Shown: positions 19,250-28,789 of the stretch, in pieces | Layout: every line of letters starts with the position of its first letter | Numbering within the stretch: the stretch's first letter is position 1 | Assembly (NCBI GenBank): GCA_964373665.1 | Contig: CAYJVM010000001.1 | Location: 93,325 to 157,324 of the forward strand | Source of the DNA: an uncultured archaeon | GTDB taxonomy: Archaea > Aenigmatarchaeota > Aenigmatarchaeia > CG10238-14 > SCSR01 | Direction: 5' to 3' | Length of the DNA stretch: 64,000 nucleotides | Translations under genes and position numbers: made by a program | Notes under the pieces: generated by a model | What the model saw: the letters and a program-made list of their open reading frames with translations, nothing else | The model's database searches: none | Told to the model about the DNA's origin: nothing

Positions 19250-20976
19250 GCGGGCCAGTTGTTATCGCGGAAGGACTTGATGCGAGGATGTACGAAGTTG
19301 TCAAAGTAGGCGACATAGGATTGATAGGCGAGGTGGTGCAGATAAACGACAACCGCTATACGATCCAAGTTTATGAGGACACGACTGGGCTAAAGCCGGG
19401 CGAGAAGGTCGTGTCGACTGGAGCGCCACTGTCGGTTGAGCTGGGCCCAGGAATTTTAACAACAATTTATGACGGTATACAAAGACCGCTGTCAAAAATA
19501 AGGGACGCTTCCGGAGATTTCATTCAAAGAGGCATTCAAATATCTCGTTTGGACGAGAAGAAGAAATGGAAATTCACGCCTAAAGTCAAGACCGGCATGG
19601 AAGCCAACGGCGGGGATGTCCTAGGCACTGTGCAGGAAACGAAAACGATCGAGCACAAGATACTGGTGCCACCGAACACTAAAGGAAAAATAAAGAACAT
19701 AAATGCAGGCAGTTATACGATACGCGAACCGATTGGAGAGCTTGACGACGGGACCAAGCTTTATCTGTCGCACAAATGGCCGGTGAGAATTCCAAGGCCT
19801 TACACGGAAAAATTAAAGCCGGAGATACCATTGACGACAGGTCAGAGGATAATCGACACATTCTTCCCCATAATTAAAGGAGGAACGGCGGCGGTTCCGG
19901 GACCGTTCGGTTCAGGAAAGTCTGTAATACAACATCAAATTGCTAAATGGAGCGATGCCGAGATTGTTGTTTACATTGGCTGTGGTGAAAGGGGGAATGA
20001 AATGACCGACGTGCTGGACGAGTTCCCGCATTTGATTGATGTAAGGACAGGAATGCCGTTGATGGAAAGAACAGTATTGATTGCGAACACATCCAACATG
20101 CCTGTCGCAGCGCGCGAGGCGTCTGTTTACACAGGCATGACGATTGCAGAATATTTCAGAGACCAGGGGTTCGACGTCTCTCTTATGGCGGATTCGACAA
20201 GCAGGTGGGCAGAGGCGATGAGGGAGATTTCCAGCAGGCTGGAGGAAATGCCGGGAGAAGAGGGATATCCAGCATATCTAGCATCTAGATTATCAGAATT
20301 TTATGAACGGTCAGGCAGAGTGAGTTGCCTTGGATCTGATTCCGAAAGGACAGGATCTGTGACAGCAATCGGCGCAGTCTCACCGCCAGGCGGGGATTTC
20401 TCCGAGCCTGTAACGCAGAACACACTAAGGCTTGTAAAAGTTTTCTGGGCACTTGACGCCAAGCTTGCGCAGAGGCGACACTTCCCGTCAATCAACTGGC
20501 TGGAATCATACAGCCTTTATGTCGAAAGTATCTCTCCATGGGCATCAAAGAACATAGCCAGCGATTGGATGGAGTTGAGGGCAAAGGCGTTGGACATTCT
20601 ATACAGGGAAGCGTCATTGCAGGAAGTCGTCCAACTCGTAGGCGCAGATGCGTTGCCTGAGAAGGAGAGGATAATTTTGGAAGTCGCGCGCGTGATTAGG
20701 GAAGGCTTTCTACAGCAGAGCGCTTTTCACGAAATCGACAGTTATTGCAGCATGAAAAAGCAGCACGAGATGCTCAAGGCGATAATAAAGTTTTACGAGA
20801 CAGCGCAGCAGGCTACTGACAAGGGCGTTCCTGCGAATTCGATAGTTAACATGAACAGCAAAACAAATATCTCCAAGCTCGGATTCATACACGAGGAACA
20901 TTTCGATGAGGACATGAAGAAAATAATCAAGGGCATGGACCAGGAGTTTGAAAGGCTGGTAGGTGGAGTGGGATGA
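19222..20976 (+). CDS. atpA: A-type ATP synthase catalytic subunit A
   Basis: Walker A motif GPFGSGKS and a non-homologous-region insert typical of A/V-type A subunits. Confidence 0.95.
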   Translation: MAEGKIYRISGPVVIAEGLDARMYEVVKVGDIGLIGEVVQINDNRYTIQVYEDTTGLKPGEKVVSTGAPLSVELGPGILTTIYDGIQRPLSKIRDASGDFIQRGIQISRLDEKKKWKFTPKVKTGMEANGGDVLGTVQETKTIEHKILVPPNTKGKIKNINAGSYTIREPIGELDDGTKLYLSHKWPVRIPRPYTEKLKPEIPLTTGQRIIDTFFPIIKGGTAAVPGPFGSGKSVIQHQIAKWSDAEIVVYIGCGERGNEMTDVLDEFPHLIDVRTGMPLMERTVLIANTSNMPVAAREASVYTGMTIAEYFRDQGFDVSLMADSTSRWAEAMREISSRLEEMPGEEGYPAYLASRLSEFYERSGRVSCLGSDSERTGSVTAIGAVSPPGGDFSEPVTQNTLRLVKVFWALDAKLAQRRHFPSINWLESYSLYVESISPWASKNIASDWMELRAKALDILYREASLQEVVQLVGADALPEKERIILEVARVIREGFLQQSAFHEIDSYCSMKKQHEMLKAIIKFYETAQQATDKGVPANSIVNMNSKTNISKLGFIHEEHFDEDMKKIIKGMDQEFERLVGGVG

Positions 20977-22355
20977 AGGAATACAGGACAATAAGGCAGG
21001 TCGCGGGACCATTGCTGTTTGTTGAAAAGACACATGAAGTCGGTTATGGGGAGCTCGTGGAGATAGAGACAGGCCACGGCCAGATGAAGACAGGACAGGT
21101 GATAGACACGTCGAATGATGTTGTTGTCGTGCAGGTCTTCGAAGGCACCAGCAACATCGATAGGAAGAGCGTCGTAAGGTTCAGCGGAAAGACAATAAAG
21201 CTTAAATGCAGTCCCGACATGCTCGGCAGGATATTCAACAGCCTCGGCAAACCATTGGACGGCGGCACTGAAATAATTCCGGAAAAGTACATTGACATCA
21301 ATGGCGAGTCGATCAATCCTTATTCGCGCGACGTTCCGAAGAAATTTTTGCAGGTCGGAATATCGTCGATAGACGGCATGAACACTTTGGTCGTAGGACA
21401 AAAGCTCCCGATATTCTCCCTTGCAGGCCTGCCGCACAATGAGATAGCGCTGCAGGTGGCTAGGCAGGCAAAGATAGGGAAAAACTTTGCAGTGGTTTTC
21501 GCCGCAATCGGGATCACGAACGAAGAGTCGCGCCAGTTCATGGAAGAGTTTGAGAGGACTGGAGCATTGGAAAGATCTGCAGTATTCCTGAATCTTGCAA
21601 GCGACCCGGCGATTGAGAGGCTGATAACGCCACGATCTGCATTGACTGCGGCGGAGTATCTTGCGTTCGAGAAAGGATATGACGTCCTTGTAATCATGAC
21701 TGACATGACAAATTATGCGGAAGCCCTGCGTGAGATAGGCGCAGCTAGGGAGGAAGTTCCTGGCAGAAGAGGGTATCCAGGATATATGTATACGGATCTT
21801 GCGCAGCTGTTCGAAAGGGCGGGAGTAATTAAAGGAAAGAAAGGCTCATTGACGCAGTTCTCCATCTTGTCTATGCCGAGCGGCGACATTACTCATCCAG
21901 TGCCCGACCTCACAGGATATATCACGGAAGGGCAAATAGTCCTGTCGAAGGAACTGCATGCAATGGGAATATATCCGCCTATAGACGTATTGCCGAGCCT
22001 CAGCAGGCTCATGCACAAAGGCATAGGAAAGGACAACACAAGGGACGACCACAGAGCAGTGAGCAACCAGCTTTATGCAGGATATGCTGAGGGCAGGAGC
22101 CTGAGAAGCCTTGCGGCAATCGTCGGCAAGGAGGCGCTGACAGACAGGGACAGGATGTATCTGAAATTCGCGGACGAGTTTGAGAATAATTTTATTAGGC
22201 AAGGTAAGTTCGACGACAGGAACATAAAGTATACGCTGGATCTGGCATGGAAATTACTATCCATACTTCCGAAGAGCGAGCTCACAAAGATAGATGATGA
22301 GTTGATCGAGAAATATGAGAAGGAACTCGGCCTAAAGTTCGCTGTATTAAGTTGA
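20973..22355 (+). CDS. atpB: A-type ATP synthase subunit B
   Basis: The conserved regulatory-subunit core lacks a canonical P-loop. The gene overlaps atpA by 4 nt. Confidence 0.95.
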   Translation: MKEYRTIRQVAGPLLFVEKTHEVGYGELVEIETGHGQMKTGQVIDTSNDVVVVQVFEGTSNIDRKSVVRFSGKTIKLKCSPDMLGRIFNSLGKPLDGGTEIIPEKYIDINGESINPYSRDVPKKFLQVGISSIDGMNTLVVGQKLPIFSLAGLPHNEIALQVARQAKIGKNFAVVFAAIGITNEESRQFMEEFERTGALERSAVFLNLASDPAIERLITPRSALTAAEYLAFEKGYDVLVIMTDMTNYAEALREIGAAREEVPGRRGYPGYMYTDLAQLFERAGVIKGKKGSLTQFSILSMPSGDITHPVPDLTGYITEGQIVLSKELHAMGIYPPIDVLPSLSRLMHKGIGKDNTRDDHRAVSNQLYAGYAEGRSLRSLAAIVGKEALTDRDRMYLKFADEFENNFIRQGKFDDRNIKYTLDLAWKLLSILPKSELTKIDDELIEKYEKELGLKFAVLS

Positions 22356-22359
22356 TATA

Positions 22360-22995
22360 ATGCCTGCAGTAAAGCCGTCAAGGTCGGAATTGCTGAATCT
22401 GAAGAACAGGCTCAAGCTCGCATTCTCAGGCTACAATGTCCTGAAGAAAAAGCGCGACAGCTTGATTCGAGAGTTTTTTGTTCTTCTGCGCGGCGCAAGC
22501 TTTTCCAGTACTGAATTGGAGTCAGAGTATGTCAAGGCGCTTGAAGCAATCAACATGGCCCGCGCGATAGATGGAACGCAGACGATAAGGGCGGTGTCAT
22601 TCGCGCCGAAGAAGCCGATTAATCTACAAGTTGAATCGAAGAGGATAATGAACGTCGCAGTGCCGAAAATAAGCTTTGACAGATCCGCGCAACAGTTCTA
22701 TGACAGGGGCTATGGCATCATAGGCACTTCCGGATACATAGATGATGCGTACGAATCTTATGAGAATGTTATCAGGAAAGTGTTGCAGGTGGCTGAGACG
22801 GAGATAGCCATGAGGAAGCTGCTTGTGGAGATTGACAGGACTAAGAGGAAGGTTAATTCTCTGGAGTTCAAGATCATACCGGATATAGAGGAAGGGATAA
22901 AAGAAGTAAGGCAGAGGCTGGAAGAGATGGAGAGGGAGAATATTTTCAGGCTCAAAAGGTTCAAGTCGAAGAAGGAAAGGCAAGCCCAGAATTAA
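22360..22995 (+). CDS. atpD: A-type ATP synthase subunit D
   Basis: A ~210-aa coiled-coil central-stalk protein with LLNLKNRLKLAFSGYNVLKKKRD. Confidence 0.85.
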   Translation: MPAVKPSRSELLNLKNRLKLAFSGYNVLKKKRDSLIREFFVLLRGASFSSTELESEYVKALEAINMARAIDGTQTIRAVSFAPKKPINLQVESKRIMNVAVPKISFDRSAQQFYDRGYGIIGTSGYIDDAYESYENVIRKVLQVAETEIAMRKLLVEIDRTKRKVNSLEFKIIPDIEEGIKEVRQRLEEMERENIFRLKRFKSKKERQAQN

Positions 22996-23045
22996 GACCA
23001 AACTTTATAATCCAGCAAGCCTAAATAAACACAGGAGGTATTGAT

Positions 23046-23108
23046 ATGTGCACTTCATGCGCAACTCATGCAGGCAAGATGGGAAAGAGAGACAAGAAGA
23101 AGATGTAA
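23046..23108 (+). CDS. 20-aa CxxC peptide (MCTSCATHAGKMGKRDKKKM) with a strong Shine-Dalgarno sequence
   Basis: GGAGGT lies 7 nt upstream of the ATG. The ORF is too short for the supplied track. Confidence 0.25.
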   Translation: MCTSCATHAGKMGKRDKKKM

Positions 23109-23248
23109 TTTTTTTGCATACGCAGGAAATTTTATGCCATAAATAAGGGCTTGAATTATTGTAAAATATCCAGCAAGTCCATACAATGAAACCGTCATTA
23201 CAAGCCAGATTAGTTTTAATAAAACAGACTACCTAATTCAATCAACCA

Positions 23249-23334
23249 TGCAGGGGTCGGATAGCCTGGTCAATTCCGCCAGCTTGAGGTGCTGGTCTCT
23301 TAGTGAGTACGAGAGTTCGAATCTCTCCCTCTGC
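23249..23334 (+). tRNA. tRNA-Leu(GAG)
   Basis: The acceptor stem is GCAGGGG/CCTCTGC, the anticodon stem is CCAGC/GCTGG with loop TTGAGGT, the T-arm is GAGAG-TTCGAAT-CTCTC, and there is a 15-nt variable arm. No intron. Confidence 0.85.
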
Positions 23335-23366
23335 ACAGCTTTCTTAACAGTTAACCAAAGAATAAT

Positions 23367-23723
23367 ATGCTCAAAACGGAAGAATTAGTAGAAGCGCATG
23401 ATAAAATAATTGAAGAAAGTGGGGGTCATAGTGGAGTTTTGAATTTAGGAAATTTAGATTTTATAGTATCACAAATTAATACAACTAAAGACATTTATAC
23501 AAAAACTGCAAGAGCTTTGTACGGAATAATAAAAACGCATCCTTTTGTTGATGGTAATAAAAGAACAGCAATTGCTGTATCAGAATCCCTCTTACGAGAG
23601 AACGGTCTGAAGTATAAAGCAAGCGATGAAGATTTATGGGACATCGTGCACAATATTAATAAAGAAGAAATGACATTTGTTAAAGTGTTGAATTGGGTTA
23701 AAAGTAAGGCAGACAAAATATGA
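23367..23723 (+). CDS. Doc/Fic-family toxin (death-on-curing)
   Basis: It carries the Fic motif HPFVDGNKRTA. No Phd antitoxin lies upstream; the tRNA-Leu does. Confidence 0.8.
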   Translation: MLKTEELVEAHDKIIEESGGHSGVLNLGNLDFIVSQINTTKDIYTKTARALYGIIKTHPFVDGNKRTAIAVSESLLRENGLKYKASDEDLWDIVHNINKEEMTFVKVLNWVKSKADKI

Positions 23724-23818
23724 CAACATTAGATTATGTTAAGCAAACGTTGAAGGAAAGAAAGGAGTTGTTTAGAAAACTTGCTAATGAAGACAAATAC
23801 CTATTTAAGAAGGGCTAA
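23720..23818 (+). CDS. 32-aa ORF overlapping the doc stop codon (ATGA); possible cognate antitoxin or leader
   Basis: The overlap with doc suggests translational coupling. The peptide MTTLDYVKQTLKERKELFRKLANEDKYLFKKG is charged and helical. Confidence 0.25.
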   Translation: MTTLDYVKQTLKERKELFRKLANEDKYLFKKG

Positions 23819-23858
23819 TTTAGTTCGAATCTCTTCACCCGCTCCATGACATTCAAGC

Positions 23859-24479
23859 TTATTTCTTTGGTAGCCATGGCCAGGGAAGTTTATGAGCACG
23901 CAACTCCACACCACCTGGTTTTGGTGCCCGTAATCCTTTAATATCAAATTCATGCACTAGGTTGTAGCGGATATATAATTCATTAGCGTCCGTTAAATTC
24001 TCAAAACCTCCAATATCATCGATTTCTTCTTTCCATCTTTTTCGATATATATTTCTATCTACGTAAGTATTAATTTCTGTCTCGGTGTCTTTCTTTCTAG
24101 GGATCTAAGTTATTGCATCAAATTCCCATTCACGCATAGTTTTTCCTAAAAACTTCCAAACTTCCCATCGATTTAACTCTTCCATCATGACCCGAAGCTC
24201 ATTTTGTACCCGAGGATATGAGTAGTTAGCGAGATATTCTAGTAGATTAAAAATACGTTGCAGTTCTTTCTTGTTTTTGGCATTAATAAGCTCCTTAATA
24301 TGAGGCTCTAAAACATAGGCAAACATAGCATAATTGCTGACATCAATTTCTCCGGGTTCTAAATCTCTTTGGAGATTTTCCTTATACCTTTTCTTAATTG
24401 CAGGAATTCGTTGAAGGAACCATTTTGACAAGGTTTGTTGGTGACTAATGTTTTCATATCTACTACCCAGATGGTGCAC
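23859..24479 (-). pseudogene. hypothetical ~206-aa protein interrupted by an in-frame TAG (amber) codon at 24105-24107
   Basis: The annotated 124-aa ORF continues in the same frame for a further 82 codons after a single TAG. Confidence 0.4.
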
Positions 24480-24482
24480 AAA

Positions 24483-24887
24483 CTACTGAAAAGATTTACG
24501 CCCTTTCCTAGTCCTTCCAGTATCTTCCATATTCATCCTCTTCGTATACAATCCATAGGCAAATATCGCAAAAGACCAAAACCCGACAGAGAATATCCCT
24601 ATTGAAAATATGCCGATGGAGAAGATGCCTATCGAGAACAGTCCTATGGCAAAAGTGCCTGTCGCAAAAATACCGATGCTAAAGTTGCCCGCTGCAAAGT
24701 ATCCCACAGCAAAATTGTCAGCGCTGAGGACATCCGGAAAGTCTATGAACTTTAGGTATAACCCGAACAAAATCACCAGCACCAATAAAGGAAAGACGAA
24801 CCAGCCTGGATTGAGCGATTTCAGCATAATAGTATTTCGCAAGCCTTCCTTATAACTCTGACGCAGGCTTTTAACTGATGGTACCAA
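24483..24887 (-). CDS. membrane protein with pentapeptide (xGxFx)n repeat tract
   Basis: An N-terminal transmembrane helix precedes FAVGYFAAGNFSIGIFATGTFAIGLFSIGIFSIGIFSIGIFSVGF, which is encoded by 15-bp tandem repeats. Confidence 0.5.
   Translation of the reverse strand: MVPSVKSLRQSYKEGLRNTIMLKSLNPGWFVFPLLVLVILFGLYLKFIDFPDVLSADNFAVGYFAAGNFSIGIFATGTFAIGLFSIGIFSIGIFSIGIFSVGFWSFAIFAYGLYTKRMNMEDTGRTRKGRKSFQ
24610..24729. repeat. eight imperfect 15-bp tandem repeats (coding, inside the pentapeptide-repeat gene)
   Basis: The units are atgccgatggagaag, atgcctatcgagaac, agtcctatggcaaaa, gtgcctgtcgcaaaa, ataccgatgctaaag, ttgcccgctgcaaag, tatcccacagcaaaa and ttgtcagcgctgagg. Confidence 0.7.
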
Positions 24888-24895
24888 ATTAAATT

Positions 24896-25153
24896 ATGGA
24901 AGATAAGCAATTGGTGGGAAAAGTCACTCACTATTACAGCAAGATAGCGGTCGCCATCGTGGAGCTTGAAGGCGATTTAGAGTACGGCGACAGGATTTCA
25001 ATCGAAGGGCCGTCAACCAATATAGAGCAGACGGTTGACTCGATGCAGATAGAGCATGTGGCTGTGAAGACTGCGCACAAGGGAGATGCCGTAGGCTTGA
25101 AGGTGCCGGACAAGGTAAGGCCTGGAGACAATGTCTACAAGATAGTCGAGTGA
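24896..25153 (+). CDS. small beta-barrel protein, EF-Tu domain-2-like
   Basis: An 85-aa protein with GDAVGLKVPDKVRPGDNVYKI, which resembles the translation-factor domain-2 fold. Confidence 0.35.
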   Translation: MEDKQLVGKVTHYYSKIAVAIVELEGDLEYGDRISIEGPSTNIEQTVDSMQIEHVAVKTAHKGDAVGLKVPDKVRPGDNVYKIVE

Positions 25154-25186
25154 AACAATTTGAATTAAACTCGACAAGTAAAATAT

Positions 25187-25465
25187 ATGCAAAATAGATC
25201 CAAATATATACTAGAAACGGCTTTACAGCTTTTAGGAGAATATGATGGAGGACTAACTACGCCCCAAATTGTAGATCAAATAAGCTATAATGGCAGACGA
25301 TATTCAAGTAATGAAGTTTACTCCGCCCTTTCCCTTTTAGGTTCTGATAATGGAATTACGGGCGTGCCTGTAAAGGAAACTAGGTATACAGAAAGAAGGG
25401 GTAAAACCGCAAAGCGCATATATAAAACTATTCTGTGGGAATTGAAAATGAATAAAAATAAGTAA
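25187..25465 (+). CDS. hypothetical protein
   Basis: ORF only. Confidence 0.3.
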   Translation: MQNRSKYILETALQLLGEYDGGLTTPQIVDQISYNGRRYSSNEVYSALSLLGSDNGITGVPVKETRYTERRGKTAKRIYKTILWELKMNKNK

Positions 25466-25485
25466 ACGTAAAAACAATAAACTTC

Positions 25486-26166
25486 ATGAAGATCGTAATT
25501 TCTCTCGGGGGTTCTCTGCTTACTAGAGAGCTTACAGCGGAGCATTTCAGAAAGTATGTCGATGTTGTCAGGGAACTGTCGAAAAGGCACAAATTGATTG
25601 TAATTATCGGTGGCGGGAAAGTATGCAGGGAATACCAGAAAATAGGAAGGGAACTTGGAGCCGATAGTGATGAGCAGGACTTTATCGGAATAATGGCTAC
25701 CCATCTTAATGCTTCCACCTTTGTGACAGGTCTAGGCAAGAAGGCGCATCTGGTAAAGTGGAAGTCTGTAAATGATACTGTAAATGAGATTAAAAGGAAC
25801 TTTGGGAAGAAGATATTGGTCGCGGCTGGATTGGAGCCTGGATGCTCGACTGACCATGACGCTGCCCTTTTCGCTGGCGCTGTTAAAGCAGACTTGTTCA
25901 TCAACGCTTCTAACGTGTCCGGAGTATATTCAGACGATCCAAAGTCGAATCCGAACGCAAAGAAATACGATACGCTGTCATACGACGAGTTTTTGAGAAT
26001 TATAAACAAAAACAAACAAACTCCGGGAGAGTATAGGCTGTTCGATTTAAAGGCGGTAAAAATTATTAAAAAACGTAAGATAAAAACTATCCTAGTAGAC
26101 GGCAGTGACCCTAGAGAGATAATAAATGCGGTCGAAGGGCATCATAACGGAACAATTATCAAATGA
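25486..26166 (+). CDS. pyrH: uridylate (UMP) kinase, archaeal type
   Basis: The motifs KIVISLGGS, VIIGGG and ILVAAGLEPGCSTD are typical of the amino-acid-kinase fold of PyrH. Confidence 0.85.
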   Translation: MKIVISLGGSLLTRELTAEHFRKYVDVVRELSKRHKLIVIIGGGKVCREYQKIGRELGADSDEQDFIGIMATHLNASTFVTGLGKKAHLVKWKSVNDTVNEIKRNFGKKILVAAGLEPGCSTDHDAALFAGAVKADLFINASNVSGVYSDDPKSNPNAKKYDTLSYDEFLRIINKNKQTPGEYRLFDLKAVKIIKKRKIKTILVDGSDPREIINAVEGHHNGTIIK

Positions 26167-26175
26167 AAACAAGAA

Positions 26176-26517
26176 TTACATTTCTATGTAATTTTTGGTA
26201 AGCTTAACTTCTCCTGTTTCCTCATTGATAATAGCTTTCGATAATTGTAGAAAATCATGTCCTATAATATTCTTCTTACCGCCAAGTACCACAAGTCCAA
26301 AACCACATCCATCTATTTCGACGTCCACCCCATACTGCGGTTTTCTGTCCTTAAACTCGCCCATCGATTTCACATATCTATTGTCTAAATGAGGAGCGCC
26401 TATTTTCAAGAGAACTTCCTCATCTATCATTGTTCTGTCGGCACCCGTATCTACAACAGCTTCTACGTCTTCGAAGCTGCCGTTAACCGAAACCTTTGTC
26501 TTTTTAGTTATTTCCAT
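26176..26517 (-). CDS. retropepsin-like aspartic protease
   Basis: It has the VDTGADRTMI (D-T/S-G-A) active-site motif in a ~110-aa protein. Confidence 0.6.
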   Translation of the reverse strand: MEITKKTKVSVNGSFEDVEAVVDTGADRTMIDEEVLLKIGAPHLDNRYVKSMGEFKDRKPQYGVDVEIDGCGFGLVVLGGKKNIIGHDFLQLSKAIINEETGEVKLTKNYIEM

Positions 26518-26550
26518 ATTAATATGTTACATCCGGTAAATAAAAACTAT

Positions 26551-26654
26551 GCCCCAGTAGCTCAGTCAGTAGAGCGTGTACGTTCTAACGGCGCAAGCAT
26601 GGTAAGCAAACCTTTTTACAAACAAGGTCCGGAGTGCAATTCTCCGCTGGGGCT
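26551..26654 (+). tRNA. tRNA with intron, possibly Arg(TCT); irregular
   Basis: The acceptor stem is GCCCCAG/CTGGGGC, the D-arm is GCTC-AGTCAGTA-GAGC, and the T-arm is CGGAG-TGCAATT-CTCCG. The anticodon loop is probably GTTCTAA, followed by a ~30-nt insertion. The 3' anticodon stem pairs imperfectly. Confidence 0.5.
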
Positions 26655-26657
26655 TTC

Positions 26658-27515
26658 CTATTCAAGTCTGACAGAAACATTTCTCTTTCGCTGGCTGCCA
26701 TTAATGTAATCCCACTGATCGACCATATACGTGGCGCAGATGTCTGAAAACGCAGGCGCAGGTCTATCATTCGGAGTCTTTACGCAGATGTTGTGCGGTT
26801 TGTCCATCATCCCAATAAGCTCATCTGCGAACACATCTTTCAATCCATAATGCTCTAAGAAAGTATATGCAGGATTGGCTTGGAATTCTGGAGTATGAAG
26901 TCCATATTGGAAAAATCTGAATCTGTCTACATTAATACCATTCGCACAACGTCTTGCAGATCTCTTCGCAATATCAACCAATTCACTACGGGCATCTATA
27001 GAATGTCTTGCGGCGTCAAGCAACTTTTCCATAACAATTCCACATAGCAACTCATCCGGTCGGATATCGTGCCGGTCTGGCGGGTAAAGATAGTATTCCT
27101 CCAACTCTATAAATGCATTCTGCTGTCCATTGTCCTTGAAATAACCAAGAAAAAGCTTTTCCTCAAGTTCCATGGAACGTTTATTGGCGTTCTTTCTTCG
27201 GAAATACTCTGGGAACGCATTTTGTATGCGACGGCTGTAAGCCCTTTGCGGATAATGTCGTGGTATACCAAATACGACTGGAAGCGGAACGTATATAGTT
27301 TTGTCGCCTACTTGGTACATCTGCGCATCCTGGCGGCATACTTCATCAAGTACGTATGTTAGTGCGTTGCGCATATTTTCTCTCGGCTCAACTTCCATTT
27401 TCCGGGTTCCAACTATGTAAATATCGTCAGGTCCTGTGCTGTCCAGAGTAGTCAAAGAAACTACAGTCTTTCCCATCTTTTCGTATAATGCTGTCGCTAC
27501 GCCTCTGAGTTGCAT
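26658..27515 (-). CDS. conserved hypothetical protein
   Basis: A 285-aa ORF of archaeal-like composition with no motif I recognise. Confidence 0.35.
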   Translation of the reverse strand: MQLRGVATALYEKMGKTVVSLTTLDSTGPDDIYIVGTRKMEVEPRENMRNALTYVLDEVCRQDAQMYQVGDKTIYVPLPVVFGIPRHYPQRAYSRRIQNAFPEYFRRKNANKRSMELEEKLFLGYFKDNGQQNAFIELEEYYLYPPDRHDIRPDELLCGIVMEKLLDAARHSIDARSELVDIAKRSARRCANGINVDRFRFFQYGLHTPEFQANPAYTFLEHYGLKDVFADELIGMMDKPHNICVKTPNDRPAPAFSDICATYMVDQWDYINGSQRKRNVSVRLE

Positions 27516-27559
27516 GACATGATATAAAAAGTAAGATTTAAAAATCCGTGAAATCGACT

Positions 27560-27892
27560 TTAAACTTCGGCAAAAACTTCCTCGCCTTTGACACTAATCT
27601 TGAACGTCGGCTCTGGTTCAATGTTGGCTCCAGTGGCAGGCTTTTGAACGACAGCACCTGTCTTTACATTAAACTGCGCCAGATGGCATGGGCATGTGAC
27701 AATATCTCCTCTTAGGAAACCGTCAGCCAGCGAGCACTCCTCGTGCGTGCATATGCCATCTATAGAATAAATATTCCCGCCTATGTTCGCAACCAATATC
27801 TCCTTGTTCCCGGTAAAAATCTTCTTCATCTTTCCTTCAGGAAAGTCTGATAACACACCTATTTTCACTTGTGCCATGCTACTCTTTAACAA
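27560..27892 (-). CDS. Rieske [2Fe-2S] ferredoxin
   Basis: It has the Rieske ligand boxes CTHEEC and CPCH. The likely start is the internal Met (MAQVK). Confidence 0.7.
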   Translation of the reverse strand: MLKSSMAQVKIGVLSDFPEGKMKKIFTGNKEILVANIGGNIYSIDGICTHEECSLADGFLRGDIVTCPCHLAQFNVKTGAVVQKPATGANIEPEPTFKISVKGEEVFAEV

Positions 27893-28397
27893 TAATCCTA
27901 GTTGGTGTAGAAAGCTTCTTTGCAGCCCTATCCAGACCCTGTTTGGCTATTGGTATGTTGGACTTGAAGGTTCTGAGCCTGAATATAGTCTGCCCCATCT
28001 TTACCTGTGCCGCCAGCCTATTTGGCTTGCCAAATGAAAGCTTCATACCTGTTGAATACCTGTCCGCACCAGCACCTTGCGCAAGCGGCTTTTCCCTTAT
28101 GACTTGGTGCGGATACAGCAAGACCTTCATGAAATATCCCTTTAATAATAATTTTGTTTCAAGGAACTTTTGAGAGACTATCCTTGCCGCTTCCAAAGCA
28201 TTGTCCCTTACCTGCGCAGGTCTCTCAGCTACCAGGTCAAGTGTGGCGTCAAAATCAGGATTGTTCTCTCCCATGTTGAACACGTGTATCTTCGATGTGG
28301 GCATGCTGGGTATGTAGCTCTTTGTCTTATTGGAAGAGTATCTCGTCCACGGCCTTTCTATCGCCCTTACTGATCTTCCCGGTCTCAACGCAGCCAT
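27879..28397 (-). CDS. rpl10e: 50S ribosomal protein L10e (uL16)
   Basis: The stretches KIHVFNMGE, LYPHQVIREKP, GAGADR and FGKP are diagnostic of L10e. Confidence 0.85.
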   Translation of the reverse strand: MAALRPGRSVRAIERPWTRYSSNKTKSYIPSMPTSKIHVFNMGENNPDFDATLDLVAERPAQVRDNALEAARIVSQKFLETKLLLKGYFMKVLLYPHQVIREKPLAQGAGADRYSTGMKLSFGKPNRLAAQVKMGQTIFRLRTFKSNIPIAKQGLDRAAKKLSTPTRIIVKE

Positions 28398-28481
28398 AAA
28401 ATCACTTGAATTGTATGTTTAAAAAGTCTCCAAGTATATATCCCCGCTTTGATTTAAGTATTTTATCATTAGTTATAAATC

Positions 28482-28787
28482 ATGGTCGGCACACCTCACA
28501 AATATGAAATATGGTTTTCGTACGACAGCGGGAAGGTTCATGAGACTGGAGCTTTGCATGTGCAGTCAAAGTCCGATGCTCCAGTAGACACGACCCAGAT
28601 AATCAGGAATGTCGAGAGATCGTTTAGGCCAGATATGCCGGCAGACGAGGTGACGGGCTTGCTATATAGTATGCTGGAAAACTATGGGCTTTACAGATGC
28701 AATGCACGCAAAGACAAGCCTTCATCATGCTGGCAAATGTGCGCAGATATTATCATTTACACAAAGGGAAAGACGGCATGGTTCTAG
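28482..28787 (+). CDS. hypothetical protein
   Basis: ORF only. Confidence 0.3.
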   Translation: MVGTPHKYEIWFSYDSGKVHETGALHVQSKSDAPVDTTQIIRNVERSFRPDMPADEVTGLLYSMLENYGLYRCNARKDKPSSCWQMCADIIIYTKGKTAWF

Positions 28788-28789
28788 TG

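Noticed and set aside
24610-24729. Regularly spaced 15-bp repeats that could be mistaken for a CRISPR-like array
   Set aside because: The units are contiguous with no spacers, only 15 bp long, and lie in-frame within a coding region where they encode a pentapeptide tract. They are coding tandem repeats, not CRISPR.
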